Notes: generated by a model not told the origin, from the letters alone. DNA of 64,000 nt from the human T2T-CHM13v2.0 reference genome, Homo sapiens (GCF_009914755.1 NC_060938.1); one strand, 5' to 3'. Positions 44,301 through 59,300 are shown, numbered from the stretch's first letter. Translations and numbers: made by a program.

Positions 44301-47300
44301 TCAACAAAAAGTGTTTTTCAGAACTGCTCTATCAAAAGAAAGATCCACCTCTGTTAGCTGAGTTCACACATCACAAAGAAGTTTATGAGAATGCTTCTGT
44401 CTAGTTTTTATTTGAAGATATTTCCTTTCTCACCATAGAGCTGAAAGCTGTCCTAATGTTCACTTCCAGATACTACAGAAAGAGTGTTTCAAAACTGCTG
44501 TACGAAAGGGAATGTTCAACTCTGTGACTTGAATACACACATCACAAAGAAGTTTCTGAGGATGCTGCTGTCTAGTTTTTATACGTAATCCCGTTTCCAA
44601 CGAAATCCTCCAAGCTATCCAAATATCCACTTGCAGATTCCACAGAAAGGCTGTTTCAAAACTGCTCTGTCAATAGAAAGGTTCAACTCTGTTAGCTGCG
44701 TGCATATATCCCAAAGAAGATTCTGAGATTGCTTCTGTCTAGTTTTTATGGGAAGATATTTCCCTTTTCACCGTAGGTGTCAAGGCGCTCCAAATGTCCA
44801 CTTCCAGATACTACAAAAAGAGTGTTTCAAACCTACTCTGTGAAAGGGAATATTCAACTCTGTGACTTGAATGCACATATCACAAAGAAGTTTCTGAGAA
44901 TGCTTCTGTCGAGATTTTATATGAAGATATTCCCGTTTCCAACGAAATCCTGAAATGTATCCAAATATCCCCTCGCAGATTCTACAAAAAGAGTGTTTCA
45001 AAACTGCTCTGTAAAAAGAAAGGTTCAACTCTGTTAGTTGAGTACACACATCACAAATAAGTTTCACACAATGCTTCTTTCTAGCTTGTAGGGGAAGATA
45101 TTCCCTTTATCACCATGGGCCTCAAACCGTCTGAAACGTCCACTTCCATATACTACAAAAAGAGCATTTCAAACCTGCTCTATGAAAGGCAATGTTCAAC
45201 TCTGTGACTTGAATGCAGACATCACAGAGCAGTTTCTGAGAATGCTTCTGTCTAGATTTTATAGGAAGATATTCCCGTTTCCAACGAAATCTTCACAGCT
45301 ATCCAAATATCCACTTGCAGATTCTACAAAAAGAGTGTATCAAAACTGCTCTGTCAAAAGGAAGGTTCTTCTCTGTTAGGTGAGTGCATACGTCATAAAG
45401 GAGTTTCTGAGAATGTTTCTGTCTAGTGGTTATGGGAAGATATTTGCTTTTTCACCGTAGGCCTCAGAGCGCTCCAAATATCCACTTGCACATACTACAA
45501 AAAGAGTGCTTCAAAGCTGCTCTCTGAAACGGAATGTTCAACTCTATGAGTTGAATGCAAACATCACAAAGACGTTTCTGAGAATGCTTCTGTCTAGATT
45601 TGATATGAAGATATTCCCGTTTCCAACGAAATCTTCAAATCTATCCAAATGTCCACTTGCAGATTCAACAAAAAGTGTTTTTCAGAACTGCTCTATCAAA
45701 AGAAAGATCCACCTCTGTTAGCTGAGTTCACACATCACAAAGAAGTTTATGAGAATGCTTCTGTCTAGTTTTTATTTGAAGATATTTCCTTTCTCACCAT
45801 AGAGCTGAAAGCTGTCCTAATGTTCACTTCCAGATACTACAGAAAGAGTGTTTCAAAACTGCTGTACGAAAGGGAATGTTCAACTCTGTGACTTGAATAC
45901 ACACATCACAAAGAAGTTTCTGAGGATGCTGCTGTCTAGTTTTTATACGTAATCCCGTTTCCAACGAAATCCTCCAAGCTATCCAAATATCCACTTGCAG
46001 ATTCCACAGAAAGGCTGTTTCAAAACTGCTCTGTCAATAGAAAGGTTCAACTCTGTTAGCTGCGTGCATATATCCCAAAGAAGATTCTGAGATTGCTTCT
46101 GTCTAGTTTTTATGGGAAGATATTTCCCTTTTCACCGTAGGTGTCAAGGCGCTCCAAATGTCCACTTCCAGATACTACAAAAAGAGTGTTTCAAACCTAC
46201 TCTGTGAAAGGGAATATTCAACTCTGTGACTTGAATGCACATATCACAAAGAAGTTTCTGAGAATGCTTCTGTCGAGATTTTATATGAAGATATTCCCGT
46301 TTCCAACGAAATCCTGAAATGTATCCAAATATCCCCTCGCAGATTCTACAAAAAGAGTGTTTCAAAACTGCTCTGTAAAAAGAAAGGTTCAACTCTGTTA
46401 GTTGAGTACACACATCACAAATAAGTTTCACACAATGCTTCTTTCTAGCTTGTAGGGGAAGATATTCCCTTTATCACCATGGGCCTCAAACCGTCTGAAA
46501 CGTCCACTTCCATATACTACAAAAAGAGCATTTCAAACCTGCTCTATGAAAGGCAATGTTCAACTCTGTGACTTGAATGCAGACATCACAGAGCAGTTTC
46601 TGAGAATGCTTCTGTCTAGATTTTATAGGAAGATATTCCCGTTTCCAACGAAATCTTCACAGCTATCCAAATATCCACTTGCAGATTCTACAAAAAGAGT
46701 GTATCAAAACTGCTCTGTCAAAAGGAAGGTTCTTCTCTGTTAGGTGAGTGCATACGTCATAAAGGAGTTTCTGAGAATGTTTCTGTCTAGTGGTTATGGG
46801 AAGATATTTGCTTTTTCCCCGTAGGCCTCAGGGCGCTCCAAATGTCCACTTGCACATGCTACAAAAAGAGTGCTTCAAAGCTGCTCTCTGAAAGGGAATG
46901 TTCAACTCTATGAGTTGAATGCAAACATCACAAAGACGTTTCTGAGAATGCTTCTGTCTAGATTTGATATGAAGATCTTCCCGTTTCCAACGAAATCTTC
47001 AAATCTATCCAAATGTCCACTTGCAGATTCAACAAAAAGTGTTTTTCAGAACTGCTCTATCAAAAGAAAGATCCACCTCTGTTAGCTGAGTTCAGACATC
47101 ACAAACAAGTTTATGAGAATGCTTCTGTCTAGTTTTTATTTGAAGATATTTCCTTTCTCACCATAGACCTGAAAGCTGTCCTAATGTTCACTTCCAGTTA
47201 CTACAGAAAGAGTGTTTCAAAACTGCTGTACGAAAGGGAATGTTCAACTCTGTGACTTGAATGCACACATCACAAAGAAGTTTCTGAGGATGCTGCTGTC

Positions 47301-50300
47301 TACTTTTTATACTTAATCCCGTTTCCAACGAAATCCTCCAAGCTATCGAAATATCCACTTGCAGATTCCACAGAAAGACTGTTTCAAAACTGCTCTGTCA
47401 ATAGAAAGGTTCAACTCTGTTAGCTGCGTGCATATATCCCAAAGAAGATTCTGAGATTGCTTCTGTCTAGTTTTTATGGGAAGATATTTCCCTTTTCACC
47501 GTAGGCGTCCAGGCGCTCCAAATGTCCACTTCCAGATACTACAAAAAGAGTGTTTCAAACCTACTCTGTGAAAGGGAATATTCAACTCTGTGACTTGAAT
47601 GCACATATCACAAGGAAGTTTCTGAGAATGCTTCTGTCGAGATTTTATATGAAGATATTCCCGTTTCCAACGAAATCCTGAAATCTATCCAAATATCCCC
47701 TCGCAGATTCTACAAAAAGAGTGTTTCAAAACTGCTCTGTAAAAAGGAAGGTTCAACTCTGTTAGTTGAGTACACACATCACAAACAAGTTTCACAGAAT
47801 GCTTCTTTCTAGCTTGTAGGGGAAGATATTCCCTTTATCACCATGGGCCTCCAACCGTCCGATAAGTCCACTTCCATATACTACAAAAAGAGCGTTTCAA
47901 ACCTGCTCTATGAAAGGCAATGTTCAACTCTGTGACTTGAATGCAGACATCACAGAGCAGTTTCTGAGAATGCTTCTGTCTAGATTTTATAGGAAGATAT
48001 TCCCGTTTCCAACGAAATCTTCACAGCTATCCAAATATCCACTTGCAGATTCTACAAAAAAAGTGTATCAAAACTGCTCTGTCACAAGGAAGGTTCTTCT
48101 CTGTTAGGTGAGTGCATACGTCATAAAGGAGTTTCTGAGAATGTTTCTGTCTAGTGGTTATGGGAAGATATTTGCTTTTTCACCGTAGGCCTCAGAGCGC
48201 TCCAAATATCCACTTGCACATACTACAAAAAGAGTGCTTCAAAGCTGGTCTCTGAAACGGAATGTTCAACTCTATGAGTTGAATGCAAACATCACAAAGA
48301 CGTTTCTGAGAATGCTTCTGTCTAGATTTGATATGAAGATATTCCCGTTTTCAACGAAATCTTCAAATCTATCCAAATGTCCACTTGCAGATTCAACAAA
48401 AAGTGTTTTTCAGAACTGCTCTATTCAAAGAAAGATCCACCTCTGTTAGCTGAGTTCACACATCACAAACAAGTTTATGAGAATGCTTCTGTCTAGTTTT
48501 TATTTGAAGATATTTCCTTTCTCACCATAGAGCTGAAAGCTGTCCTAATGTTCACTTCCAGATACTACAGAAAGAGTGTTTCAAAACTGCTGTATGAAAG
48601 GGAATGTTCAACTCTGTGACTTGAATGCACACATCACAAAGAAGTTTCTGAGGATGCTGCTGTCTACTTTTTATACGTAATCCCGTTTCCAACGAAATCC
48701 TCCAAGCTATCCAAATATCCACTTGCAGATTCCACAGAAAGACTGTTTCAAAACTGCTCTGTCAATAGAAAGGTTCAACTCTGTTAGCTGCGTGCATATA
48801 TCCCAAAGAAGATTCTGAGATTGCTTCTGTCTAGTTTTTATTGGAAGATATTTCCCTTTTCACCGTAGGTGTCAAGGCGCTCCAAATGTCCACTTCCAGA
48901 TACTACAAAAAGAGTGTTTCAAACCTACTCTGTGAAAGGGAATATTCAACTCTGTGACTTGAATGCACATATCACAAAGTAGTTTCTGAGAATGCTTCTG
49001 TCGAGATTTTATATGAAGATATTCCCGTTTCCAACGAAATCCTGAAATGTATCCAAATATCCCCTCGCAGATTCTACAAAAAGAGTGTTTCAAAACTGCT
49101 CTGTAAAAAGAAAGGTTCAACTCTGTTAGTTGAGTACACACATCACAAATAAGTTTCACACAATGCTTCTTTCTAGCTTGTAGGGGAAGATATTCCCTTT
49201 ATCACCATGGGCCTCAAACCGTCTGAAACGTCCACTTCCATATACTACAAAAAGAGCATTTCAAACCTGCTGTATGAAAGGCAATGTTCAACTCTGTGAC
49301 TTGAATGCAGACATCACAGAGCAGTTTCTGAGAATGCTTCTGTCTAGATTTTATAGGAAGATATTCCCGTTTCCAACGAAATCTTCACAGCTATCCAAAT
49401 ATCCACTTGCAGATTCTACAAAAAGAGTGTATCAAAACTGCTCTGTCAAAAGGAAGGTTCTTCTCTGTTAGGTGAGTGCATACGTCATAAAGGAGTTTCT
49501 GAGAATGTTTCTGTCTAGTGGTTATGGGAAGATATTTGCTTTTTCCCCGTAGGCCTCAGGGCGCTCCAAATGTCCACTTGCACATGCTACAAAAAGAGTG
49601 CTTCAAAGCTGCTCTCTGAAAGGGAATGTTCAACTCTATGAGTTGAATGCAAACATCACAAAGACGTTTCTGAGAATGCTTCTGTCTAGATTTGATATGA
49701 AGATATTCCCGTTTCCAACGAAATCTTCAAATCTATCCAAATGTCCACTTGCAGATTCAACAAAAAGTGTTTTTCAGAACTGCTCTATCAAAAGAAAGAT
49801 CCACCTCTGTTAGCTGAGTTCAGACATCACAAACAAGTTTATGAGAATGCTTCTGTCTAGTTTTTATTTGAAGATATTTCCTTTCTCACCATAGACCTGA
49901 AAGCTGTCCTAATGTTCACTTCCAGTTACTACAGAAAGAGTGTTTCAAAACTGCTGTACGAAAGGGAATGTTCAACTCTGTGACTTGAATGCACACATCA
50001 CAAAGAAGTTTCTGAGGATGCTGCTGTCTACTTTTTATACTTAATCCCGTTTCCAACGAAATCCTCCAAGCTATCCAAATATCCACTTGCAGATTCCACA
50101 GAAAGACTGTTTCAAAACTGCTCTGTCAATAGAAAGGTTCAACTCTGTTAGCTGCGTGCATATATCCCAAAGAAGATTCTGAGATTGCTTCTGTCTAGTT
50201 TTTATGGGAAGATATTTGCCTTTTCACCGTAGGCGTCCAGGCGCTCCAAATGTCCACTTCCAGATACTACAAAAAGAGTGTTTCAAACCTACTCTGTGAA

Positions 50301-53300
50301 AGGGAATATTCAACTCTGTGACTTGAATGCACATATCACAAGGAAGTTTCTGAGAATGCTTCTGTCGAGATTTTATATGAAGATATTCCCGTTTCCAACG
50401 AAATCCTGAAATCTATCCAAATATCCCCTCGCAGATTCTACAAAAAGAGTGTTTCAAAACTGCTCTGTAAAAAGGAAGGTTCAACTCTGTTAGTTGAGTA
50501 CACACATCACAAACAAGTTTCACAGAATGCTTCTTTCTAGCTTGTAGGGGAAGATATTCCCTTTATCACCATGGGCCTCCAACCGTCCGATAAGTCCACT
50601 TCCATATACTACAAAAAGAGCGTTTCAAACCTGCTCTATGAAAGGCAATGTTCAACTCTGTGACTTGAATGCAGACATCACAGAGCAGTTTCTGAGAATG
50701 CTTCTGTCTGGATTTTATAGGAAGATATTCCCGTTTCCAACGAAATCTTCACAGCTATCCAAATATCCACTTGCAGATTCTACAAAAAGAGTGTATCAAA
50801 ACTGCTCTGTCAAAAGGAAGGTTCTTCTCTGTTAGGTGAGTGCATACGTCATAAAGGAGTTTCTGAGAATGTTTCTGTCTAGTGGTTATGGGAAGATATT
50901 TGCTTTTTCACCGTAGGCCTCAGAGCGCTCCAAATATCCACTTGCACATACTACAAAAAGAGTGCTTCAAAGCTGGTCTCTGAAACGGAATGTTCAACTC
51001 TATGAGTTGAATGCAAACATCACAAAGACGTTTCTGAGAATGCTTCTGTCTAGATTTGATATGAAGATATTCCCGTTTCCAACGAAATCTTCAAATCTAT
51101 CCAAATGTCCACTTGCAGATTCAACAAAAAGTGTTTTTCAGAACTGCTCTATCAAAAGAAAGATCCACCTCTGTTAGCTGAGTTCACACATCACAAACAA
51201 GTTTATGAGAATGCTTCTGTCTAGTTTTTATTTGAAGATATTTCCTTTCTCACCATAGAGCTGAAAGCTGTCCTAATGTTCACTTCCAGATACTACAGAA
51301 AGAGTGTTTCAAAACTGCTGTACGAAAGGGAATGTTCAACTCTGTGACTTGAATGCACACATCACAAAGAAGTTTCTGAGGATGCTGCTGTCTACTTTTT
51401 ATACGTAATCCCGTTTCCAACGAAATCCTCCAAGCTATCCAAATATCCACTTGCAGATTCCACAGAAAGGCTGTTTCAAAACTGCTCTGTCAATAGAAAG
51501 GTTCAACTCTGTTAGCTGCGTGCATATATCCCAAAGAAGATTCTGAGATTGCTTCTGTCTAGTTTTTATGGGAAGATATTTCCCTTTTCACCGTAGGTGT
51601 CAAGGCGCTCCAAATGTCCACTTCCAGATACTACAAAAAGAGTGTTTCCAACCTACTCTGTGAAAGGGAATATTCAACTCTGTGACTTGAATGCACATAT
51701 CACAAAGAAGTTTCTGAGAATGCTTCTGTCGAGATTTTATATGAAGATATTCCCGTTTCCAACGAAATCCTGAAATGTATCCAAATATCCCCTCGCAGAT
51801 TCTACAAAAAGAGTGTTTCAAAACTGCTCTGTAAAAAGAAAGGTTCAACTCTGTTAGTTGAGTACACACATCACAAACAAGTTTCACACAATGCTTCTTT
51901 CTAGCTTGTAGGGGAAGATATTCCCTTTATCACCATGGGCCTCCAACCGTCTGAAACGTCCACTTCCATATACTACAAAAAGAGCATTTCAAACCTGCTC
52001 TATGAAAGGCAATGTTCAACTCTGTGACTTGAATGCAGACATCACAGAGCAGTTTCTGAGAATGCTTCTGTCTAGATTTTATAGGAAGATATTCCCGTTT
52101 CCAACGAAATCTTCACAGCTATCCAAATATCCACTTGCAGATTCTACAAAAAGAGTGTATCAAAACTGCTCTGTCAAAAGGAAGGTTCTTCTCTGTTAGG
52201 TGAGTGCATACGTCATAAAGGAGTTTCTGAGAATGTTTCTGTCTAGTGGTTATGGGAAGATATTTGCTTTTTCCCCGTAGGCCTCAGGGCGCTCCAAATG
52301 TCCACTTGCACATGCTACAAAAAGAGTGCTTCAAAGCTGCTCTCTGAAAGGGAATGTTCAACTCTATGAGTTGAATGCAAACATCACAAAGACGTTTCTG
52401 AGAATGCTTCTGTCTAGATTTGATATGAAGATATTCCCGTTTCCAACGAAATCTTCAAATCTATCCAAATGTCCACTTGCAGATTCAACAAAAAGTGTTT
52501 TTCAGAACTGCTCTATCAAAAGAAAGATCCACCTCTGTTAGCTGAGTTCAGACATCACAAACAAGTTTATGAGAATGCTTCTGTCTAGTTTTTATTTGAA
52601 GATATTTCCTTTCTCACCATAGACCTGAAAGCTGTCCTAATGTTCACTTCCAGTTACTACAGAAAGAGTGTTTCAAAACTGCTGTACGAAAGGGAATGTT
52701 CAACTCTGTGACTTGAATGCACACATCACAAAGAAGTTTCTGAGGATGCTGCTGTCTACTTTTTATACTTAATCCCGTTTCCAACGAAATCCTCCAAGCT
52801 ATCCAAATATCCACTTGCAGATTCCACAGAAAGACTGTTTCAAAACTGCTCTGTCAATAGAAAGGTTCAACTCTGTTAGCTGCGTGCATATATCCCAAAG
52901 AAGATTCTGAGATTGCTTCTGTCTAGTTTTTATGGGAAGATATTTCCCTTTTCACCGTAGGCGTCAAGGCGCTCCAAATGTCCACTTCCAGATACTACAA
53001 AAAGAGTGTTTCAAACCTACTCTGTGAAAGGGAATATTCAACTCTGTGACTTGAATGCACATATCACAAGGAAGTTTCTGAGAATGCTTCTGTCGAGATT
53101 TTATATGAAGATATTCTCGTTTACAACGAAATCCTGAAATCTATCCAAATATCCCCTCGCAGATTCTACAAAAAGAGTGTTTCAAAACTGCTCTGTAAAA
53201 AGAAAGGTTCAACTCTGTTAGTTGAGTACACACATCACAAACAAGTTTCACAGAATGCTTCTTTCTAGCTTGTAGGGGAAGATATTCCCTTTATCACCAT

Positions 53301-56300
53301 GGGCCTCCAACCGTCCGATAAGTCCACTTCCATATACTACAAAAAGAGCGTTTCAAACCTGCTCTATGAAAGGCAATGTTCAACTCTGTGACTTGAATGC
53401 AGACATCACAGAGCAGTTTCTGAGAATGCTTCTGTCTAGATTTTATAGGAAGATATTCCCGTTTCCAACGAAATCTTCACAGCTATCCAAATATCCACTT
53501 GCAGATTCTACAAAAAGAGTGTATCAAAACTGCTCTGTCAAAAGGAAGGTTCTTCTCTGTTAGGTGAGTGCATACGTCATAAAGGAGTTTCTGAGAATGT
53601 TTCTGTCTAGTGGTTATGGGAAGATATTTGCTTTTTCACCGTAGGCCTCAGAGCGCTCCAAATATCCACTTGCACATACTACAAAAAGAGTGCTTCAAAG
53701 CTGGTCTCTGAAACGGAATGTTCAACTCTATGAGTTGAATGCAAACATCACAAAGACGTTTCTGAGAATGCTTCTGTCTAGATTTGATATGAAGATATTC
53801 CCGTTTCCAACGAAATCTTCAAATCTATCCAAATGTCCACTTGCAGATTCAACAAAAAGTGTTTTTCAGAACTGCTCTATCAAAAGAAAGATCCACCTCT
53901 GTTAGCTGAGTTCACACATCACAAACAAGTTTATGAGAATGCTTCTGTCTAGTTTTTATTTGAAGATATTTCCTTTCTCACCATAGAGCTGAAAGCTGTC
54001 CTAATGTTCACTTCCAGATACTACAGAAAGAGTGTTTCAAAACTGCTGTACGAAAGGGAATGTTCAACTCTGTGACTTGAATGCACACATCACAAAGAAG
54101 TTTCTGAGGATGCTGCTGTCTACTTTTTATACGTAATCCCGTTTCCAACGAAATCCTCCAAGCTATCCAAATATCCACTTGCAGATTCCACAGAAAGGCT
54201 GTTTCAAAACTGCTCTGTCAATAGAAAGGTTCAACTCTGTTAGCTGCGTGCATATATCCCAAAGAAGATTCTGAGATTGCTTCTGTCTAGTTTTTATGGG
54301 AAGATATTTCCCTTTTCACCGTAGGTGTCAAGGCGCTCCAAATGTCCACTTCCAGATACTACAAAAAGAGTGTTTCCAACCTACTCTGTGAAAGGGAATA
54401 TTCAACTCTGTGACTTGAATGCACATATCACAAAGAAGTTTCTGAGAATGCTTCTGTCGAGATTTTATATGAAGATATTCCCGTTTCCAACGAAATCCTG
54501 AAATGTATCCAAATATCCCCTCGCAGATTCTACAAAAAGAGTGTTTCAAAACTGCTCTGTAAAAAGAAAGGTTCAACTCTGTTAGTTGAGTACACACATC
54601 ACAAACAAGTTTCACACAATGCTTCTTTCTAGCTTGTAGGGGAAGATATTCCCTTTATCACCATGGGCCTCAAACCGTCTGAAACGTCCACTTCCATATA
54701 CTACAAAAAGAGCATTTCAAACCTGCTCTATGAAAGGCAATGTTCAACTCTGTGACTTGAATGCAGACATCACAGAGCAGTTTCTGAGAATGCTTCTGTC
54801 TAGATTTTATAGGAAGATATTCCCGTTTCCAACGAAATCTTCACAGCTATCCAAATATCCACTTGCAGATTCTACAAAAAGAGTGTATCAAAACTGCTCT
54901 GTCAAAAGGAAGGTTCTTCTCTGTTAGGTGAGTGCATACGTCATAAAGGAGTTTCTGAGAATGTTTCTGTCTAGTGGTTATGGGAAGATATTTGCTTTTT
55001 CCCCGTAGGCCTCAGGGCGCTCCAAATGTCCACTTGCACATGCTACAAAAAGAGTGCTTCAAAGCTGCTCTCTGAAAGGGAATGTTCAACTCTATGAGTT
55101 GAATGCAAACATCACAAAGACGTTTCTGAGAATGCTTCTGTCTAGATTTGATATGAAGATATTCCCGTTTCCAACGAAATCTTCAAATCTATCCAAATGT
55201 CCACTTGCAGATTCAACAAAAAGTGTTTTTCAGAACTGCTCTATCAAAAGAAAGATCCACCTCTGTTAGCTGAGTTCAGACATCACAAACAAGTTTATGA
55301 GAATGCTTCTGTCTAGTTTTTATTTGAAGATATTTCCTTTCTCACCATAGACCTGAAAGCTGTCCTAATGTTCACTTCCAGTTACTACAGAAAGAGTGTT
55401 TCAAAACTGCTGTACGAAAGGGAATGTTCAACTCTGTGACTTGAATGCACACATCACAAAGAAGTTTCTGAGGATGCTGCTGTCTACTTTTTATACTTAA
55501 TCCCGTTTCCAACGAAATCCTCCAAGCTATCCAAATATCCACTTGCAGATTCCACAGAAAGACTGTTTCAAAACTGCTCTGTCAATAGAAAGGTTCAACT
55601 CTGTTAGCTGCGTGCATATATCCCAAAGAAGATTCTGAGATTGCTTCTGTCTAGTTTTTATGGGAAGATATTTCCCTTTTCACCGTAGGCGTCAAGGCGC
55701 TCCAAATGTCCACTTCCAGATACTACAAAAAGAGTGTTTCAAACCTACTCTGTGAAAGGGAATATTCAACTCTGTGACTTGAATGCACATATCACAAGGA
55801 AGTTTCTGAGAATGCTTCTGTCGAGATTTTATATGAAGATATTCTCGTTTACAACGAAATCCTGAAATCTATCCAAATATCCCCTCGCAGATTCTACAAA
55901 AAGAGTGTTTCAAAACTGCTCTGTAAAAAGAAAGGTTCAACTCTGTTAGTTGAGTACACACATCACAAACAAGTTTCACAGAATGCTTCTTTCTAGCTTG
56001 TAGGGGAAGATATTCCCTTTATCACCATGGGCCTCCAACCGTCCGAAACATCCACTTCCATATACTACAAAAAGAGCGTTTCAAACCTGCTCTATGAAAG
56101 GCAATGTTCAACTCTGTGACTTGAATGCAGACATCACAGAGCAGTTTCTGAGAATGCTTCTGTCTAGATTTTATAGGAAGATATTCCCGTTTCCAACGAA
56201 ATCTTCACAGCTATCCAAATATCCACTTGCAGATTCTACAAAAAGAGTGTATCAAAACTGCTCTGTCAAAAGGAAGGTTCTTCTCTGTTAGGTGAGTGCA

Positions 56301-59300
56301 TACGTCATAAAGGAGTTTCTGAGAATGTTTCTGTCTAGTGGTTATGGGAAGATATTTGCTTTTTCCCCGTAGGCCTCAGGGCGCTCCAAATGTCCACTTG
56401 CACATGCTACAAAAAGAGTGCTTCAAAGCTGCTCTCTGAAAGGGAATGTTCAACTCTATGAGTTGAATGCAAACATCACAAAGACGTTTCTGAGAATGCT
56501 TCTGTCTAGATTTGATATGAAGATATTCCCGTTTCCAACGAAATCTTCAAATCTATCCAAATGTCCACTTGCAGATTCAACAAAAAGTGTTTTTCAGAAC
56601 TGCTCTATCAAAAGAAAGATCCACCTCTGTTAGCTGAGTTCACACATCACAAACAAGTTTATGAGAATGCTTCTGTCTAGTTTTTATTTGAAGATATTTC
56701 CTTTCTCACCATAGAGCTGAAAGCTGTCCTAATGTTCACTTCCAGATACTACAGAAAGAGTGTTTCAAAACTGCTGTACGAAAGGGAATGTTCAACTCTG
56801 TGACTTGAATGCACACATCACAAAGAAGTTTCTGAGGATGCTGCTGTCTACTTTTTATACGTAATCCCGTTTCCAACGAAATCCTCCAAGCTATCCAAAT
56901 ATCCACTTGCAGATTCCACAGAAAGGCTGTTTCAAAACTGCTCTGTCAATAGAAAGGTTCAACTCTGTTAGCTGCGTGCATATATCCCAAAGAAGATTCT
57001 GAGATTGCTTCTGTCTAGTTTTTATGGGAAGATATTTCCCTTTTCACCGTAGGTGTCAAGGCGCTCCAAATGTCCACTTCCAGATACTACAAAAAGAGTG
57101 TTTCCAACCTACTCTGTGAAAGGGAATATTCAACTCTGTGACTTGAATGCACATATCACAAAGAAGTTTCTGAGAATGCTTCTGTCGAGATTTTATATGA
57201 AGATATTCCCGTTTCCAACGAAATCCTGAAATGTATCCAAATATCCCCTCGCAGATTCTACAAAAAGAGTGTTTCAAAACTGCTCTGTAAAAAGAAAGGT
57301 TCAACTCTGTTAGTTGAGTACACACATCACAAACAAGTTTCACACAATGCTTCTTTCTAGCTTGTAGGGGAAGATATTCCCTTTATCACCATGGGCCTCA
57401 AACCGTCTGAAACGTCCACTTCCATATACTACAAAAAGAGCATTTCAAACCTGCTCTATGAAAGGCAATGTTCAACTCTGTGACTTGAATGCAGACATCA
57501 CAGAGCAGTTTCTGAGAATGCTTCTGTCTAGATTTTATAGGAAGATATTCCCGTTTCCAACGAAATCTTCACAGCTATCCAAATATCCACTTGCAGATTC
57601 TACAAAAAGAGTGTATCAAAACTGCTCTGTCAAAAGGAAGGTTCTTCTCTGTTAGGTGAGTGCATACGTCATAAAGGAGTTTCTGAGAATGTTTCTGTCT
57701 AGTGGTTATGGGAAGATATTTGCTTTTTCCCCGTAGGCCTCAGGGCGCTCCAAATGTCCACTTGCACATGCTACAAAAAGAGTGCTTCAAAGCTGCTCTC
57801 TGAAAGGGAATGTTCAACTCTATGAGTTGAATGCAAACATCACAAAGACGTTTCTGAGAATGCTTCTGTCTAGATTTGATATGAAGATATTCCCGTTTCC
57901 AACGAAATCTTCAAATCTATCCAAATGTCCACTTGCAGATTCAACAAAAAGTGTTTTTCAGAACTGCTCTATCAAAAGAAAGATCCACCTCTGTTAGCTG
58001 AGTTCAGACATCACAAACAAGTTTATGAGAATGCTTCTGTCTAGTTTTTATTTGAAGATATTTCCTTTCTCACCATAGACCTGAAAGCTGTCCTAATGTT
58101 CACTTCCAGTTACTACAGAAAGAGTGTTTCAAAACTGCTGTACGAAAGGGAATGTTCAACTCTGTGACTTGAATGCACACATCACAAAGAAGTTTCTGAG
58201 GATGCTGCTGTCTACTTTTTATACTTAATCCCGTTTCCAACGAAATCCTCCAAGCTATCCAAATATCCACTTGCAGATTCCACAGAAAGACTGTTTCAAA
58301 ACTGCTCTGTCAATAGAAAGGTTCAACTCTGTTAGCTGCGTGCATATATCCCAAAGAAGATTCTGAGATTGCTTCTGTCTAGTTTTTATGGGAAGATATT
58401 TCCCTTTTCACCGTAGGCGTCAAGGCGCTCCAAATGTCCACTTCCAGATACTACAAAAAGAGTGTTTCAAACCTACTCTGTGAAAGGGAATATTCAACTC
58501 TGTGACTTGAATGCACATATCACAAGGAAGTTTCTGAGAATGCTTCTGTCGAGATTTTATATGAAGATATTCTCGTTTACAACGAAATCCTGAAATCTAT
58601 CCAAATATCCCCTCGCAGATTCTACAAAAAGAGTGTTTCAAAACTGCTCTGTAAAAAGAAAGGTTCAACTCTGTTAGTTGAGTACACACATCACAAACAA
58701 GTTTCACAGAATGCTTCTTTCTAGCTTGTAGGGGAAGATATTCCCTTTATCACCATGGGCCTCCAACCGTCCGAAACATCCACTTCCATATACTACAAAA
58801 AGAGCGTTTCAAACCTGCTCTATGAAAGGCAATGTTCAACTCTGTGACTTGAATGCAGACATCACAGAGCAGTTTCTGAGAATGCTTCTGTCTAGATTTT
58901 ATAGGAAGATATTCCCGTTTCCAACGAAATCTTCACAGCTATCCAAATATCCACTTGCAGATTCTACAAAAAGAGTGTATCAAAACTGCTCTGTCAAAAG
59001 GAAGGTTCTTCTCTGTTAGGTGAGTGCATACGTCATAAAGGAGTTTCTGAGAATGTTTCTGTCTAGTGGTTATGGGAAGATATTTGCTTTTTCCCCGTAG
59101 GCCTCAGGGCGCTCCAAATGTCCACTTGCACATGCTACAAAAAGAGTGCTTCAAAGCTGCTCTCTGAAAGGGAATGTTCAACTCTATGAGTTGAATGCAA
59201 ACATCACAAAGACGTTTCTGAGAATGCTTCTGTCTAGATTTGATATGAAGATATTCCCGTTTCCAACGAAATCTTCAAATCTATCCAAATGTCCACTTGC

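Noticed and set aside
949-48359. Variant boxes at 949 (ccagcgaa), 5720 and 7083 (cccgattcc) and 48343 (ttttcaacg) as CENP-B knockouts
   Set aside because: These changes fall at non-essential N positions of NTTCGNNNNANNCGGGN, so they were not counted as broken.
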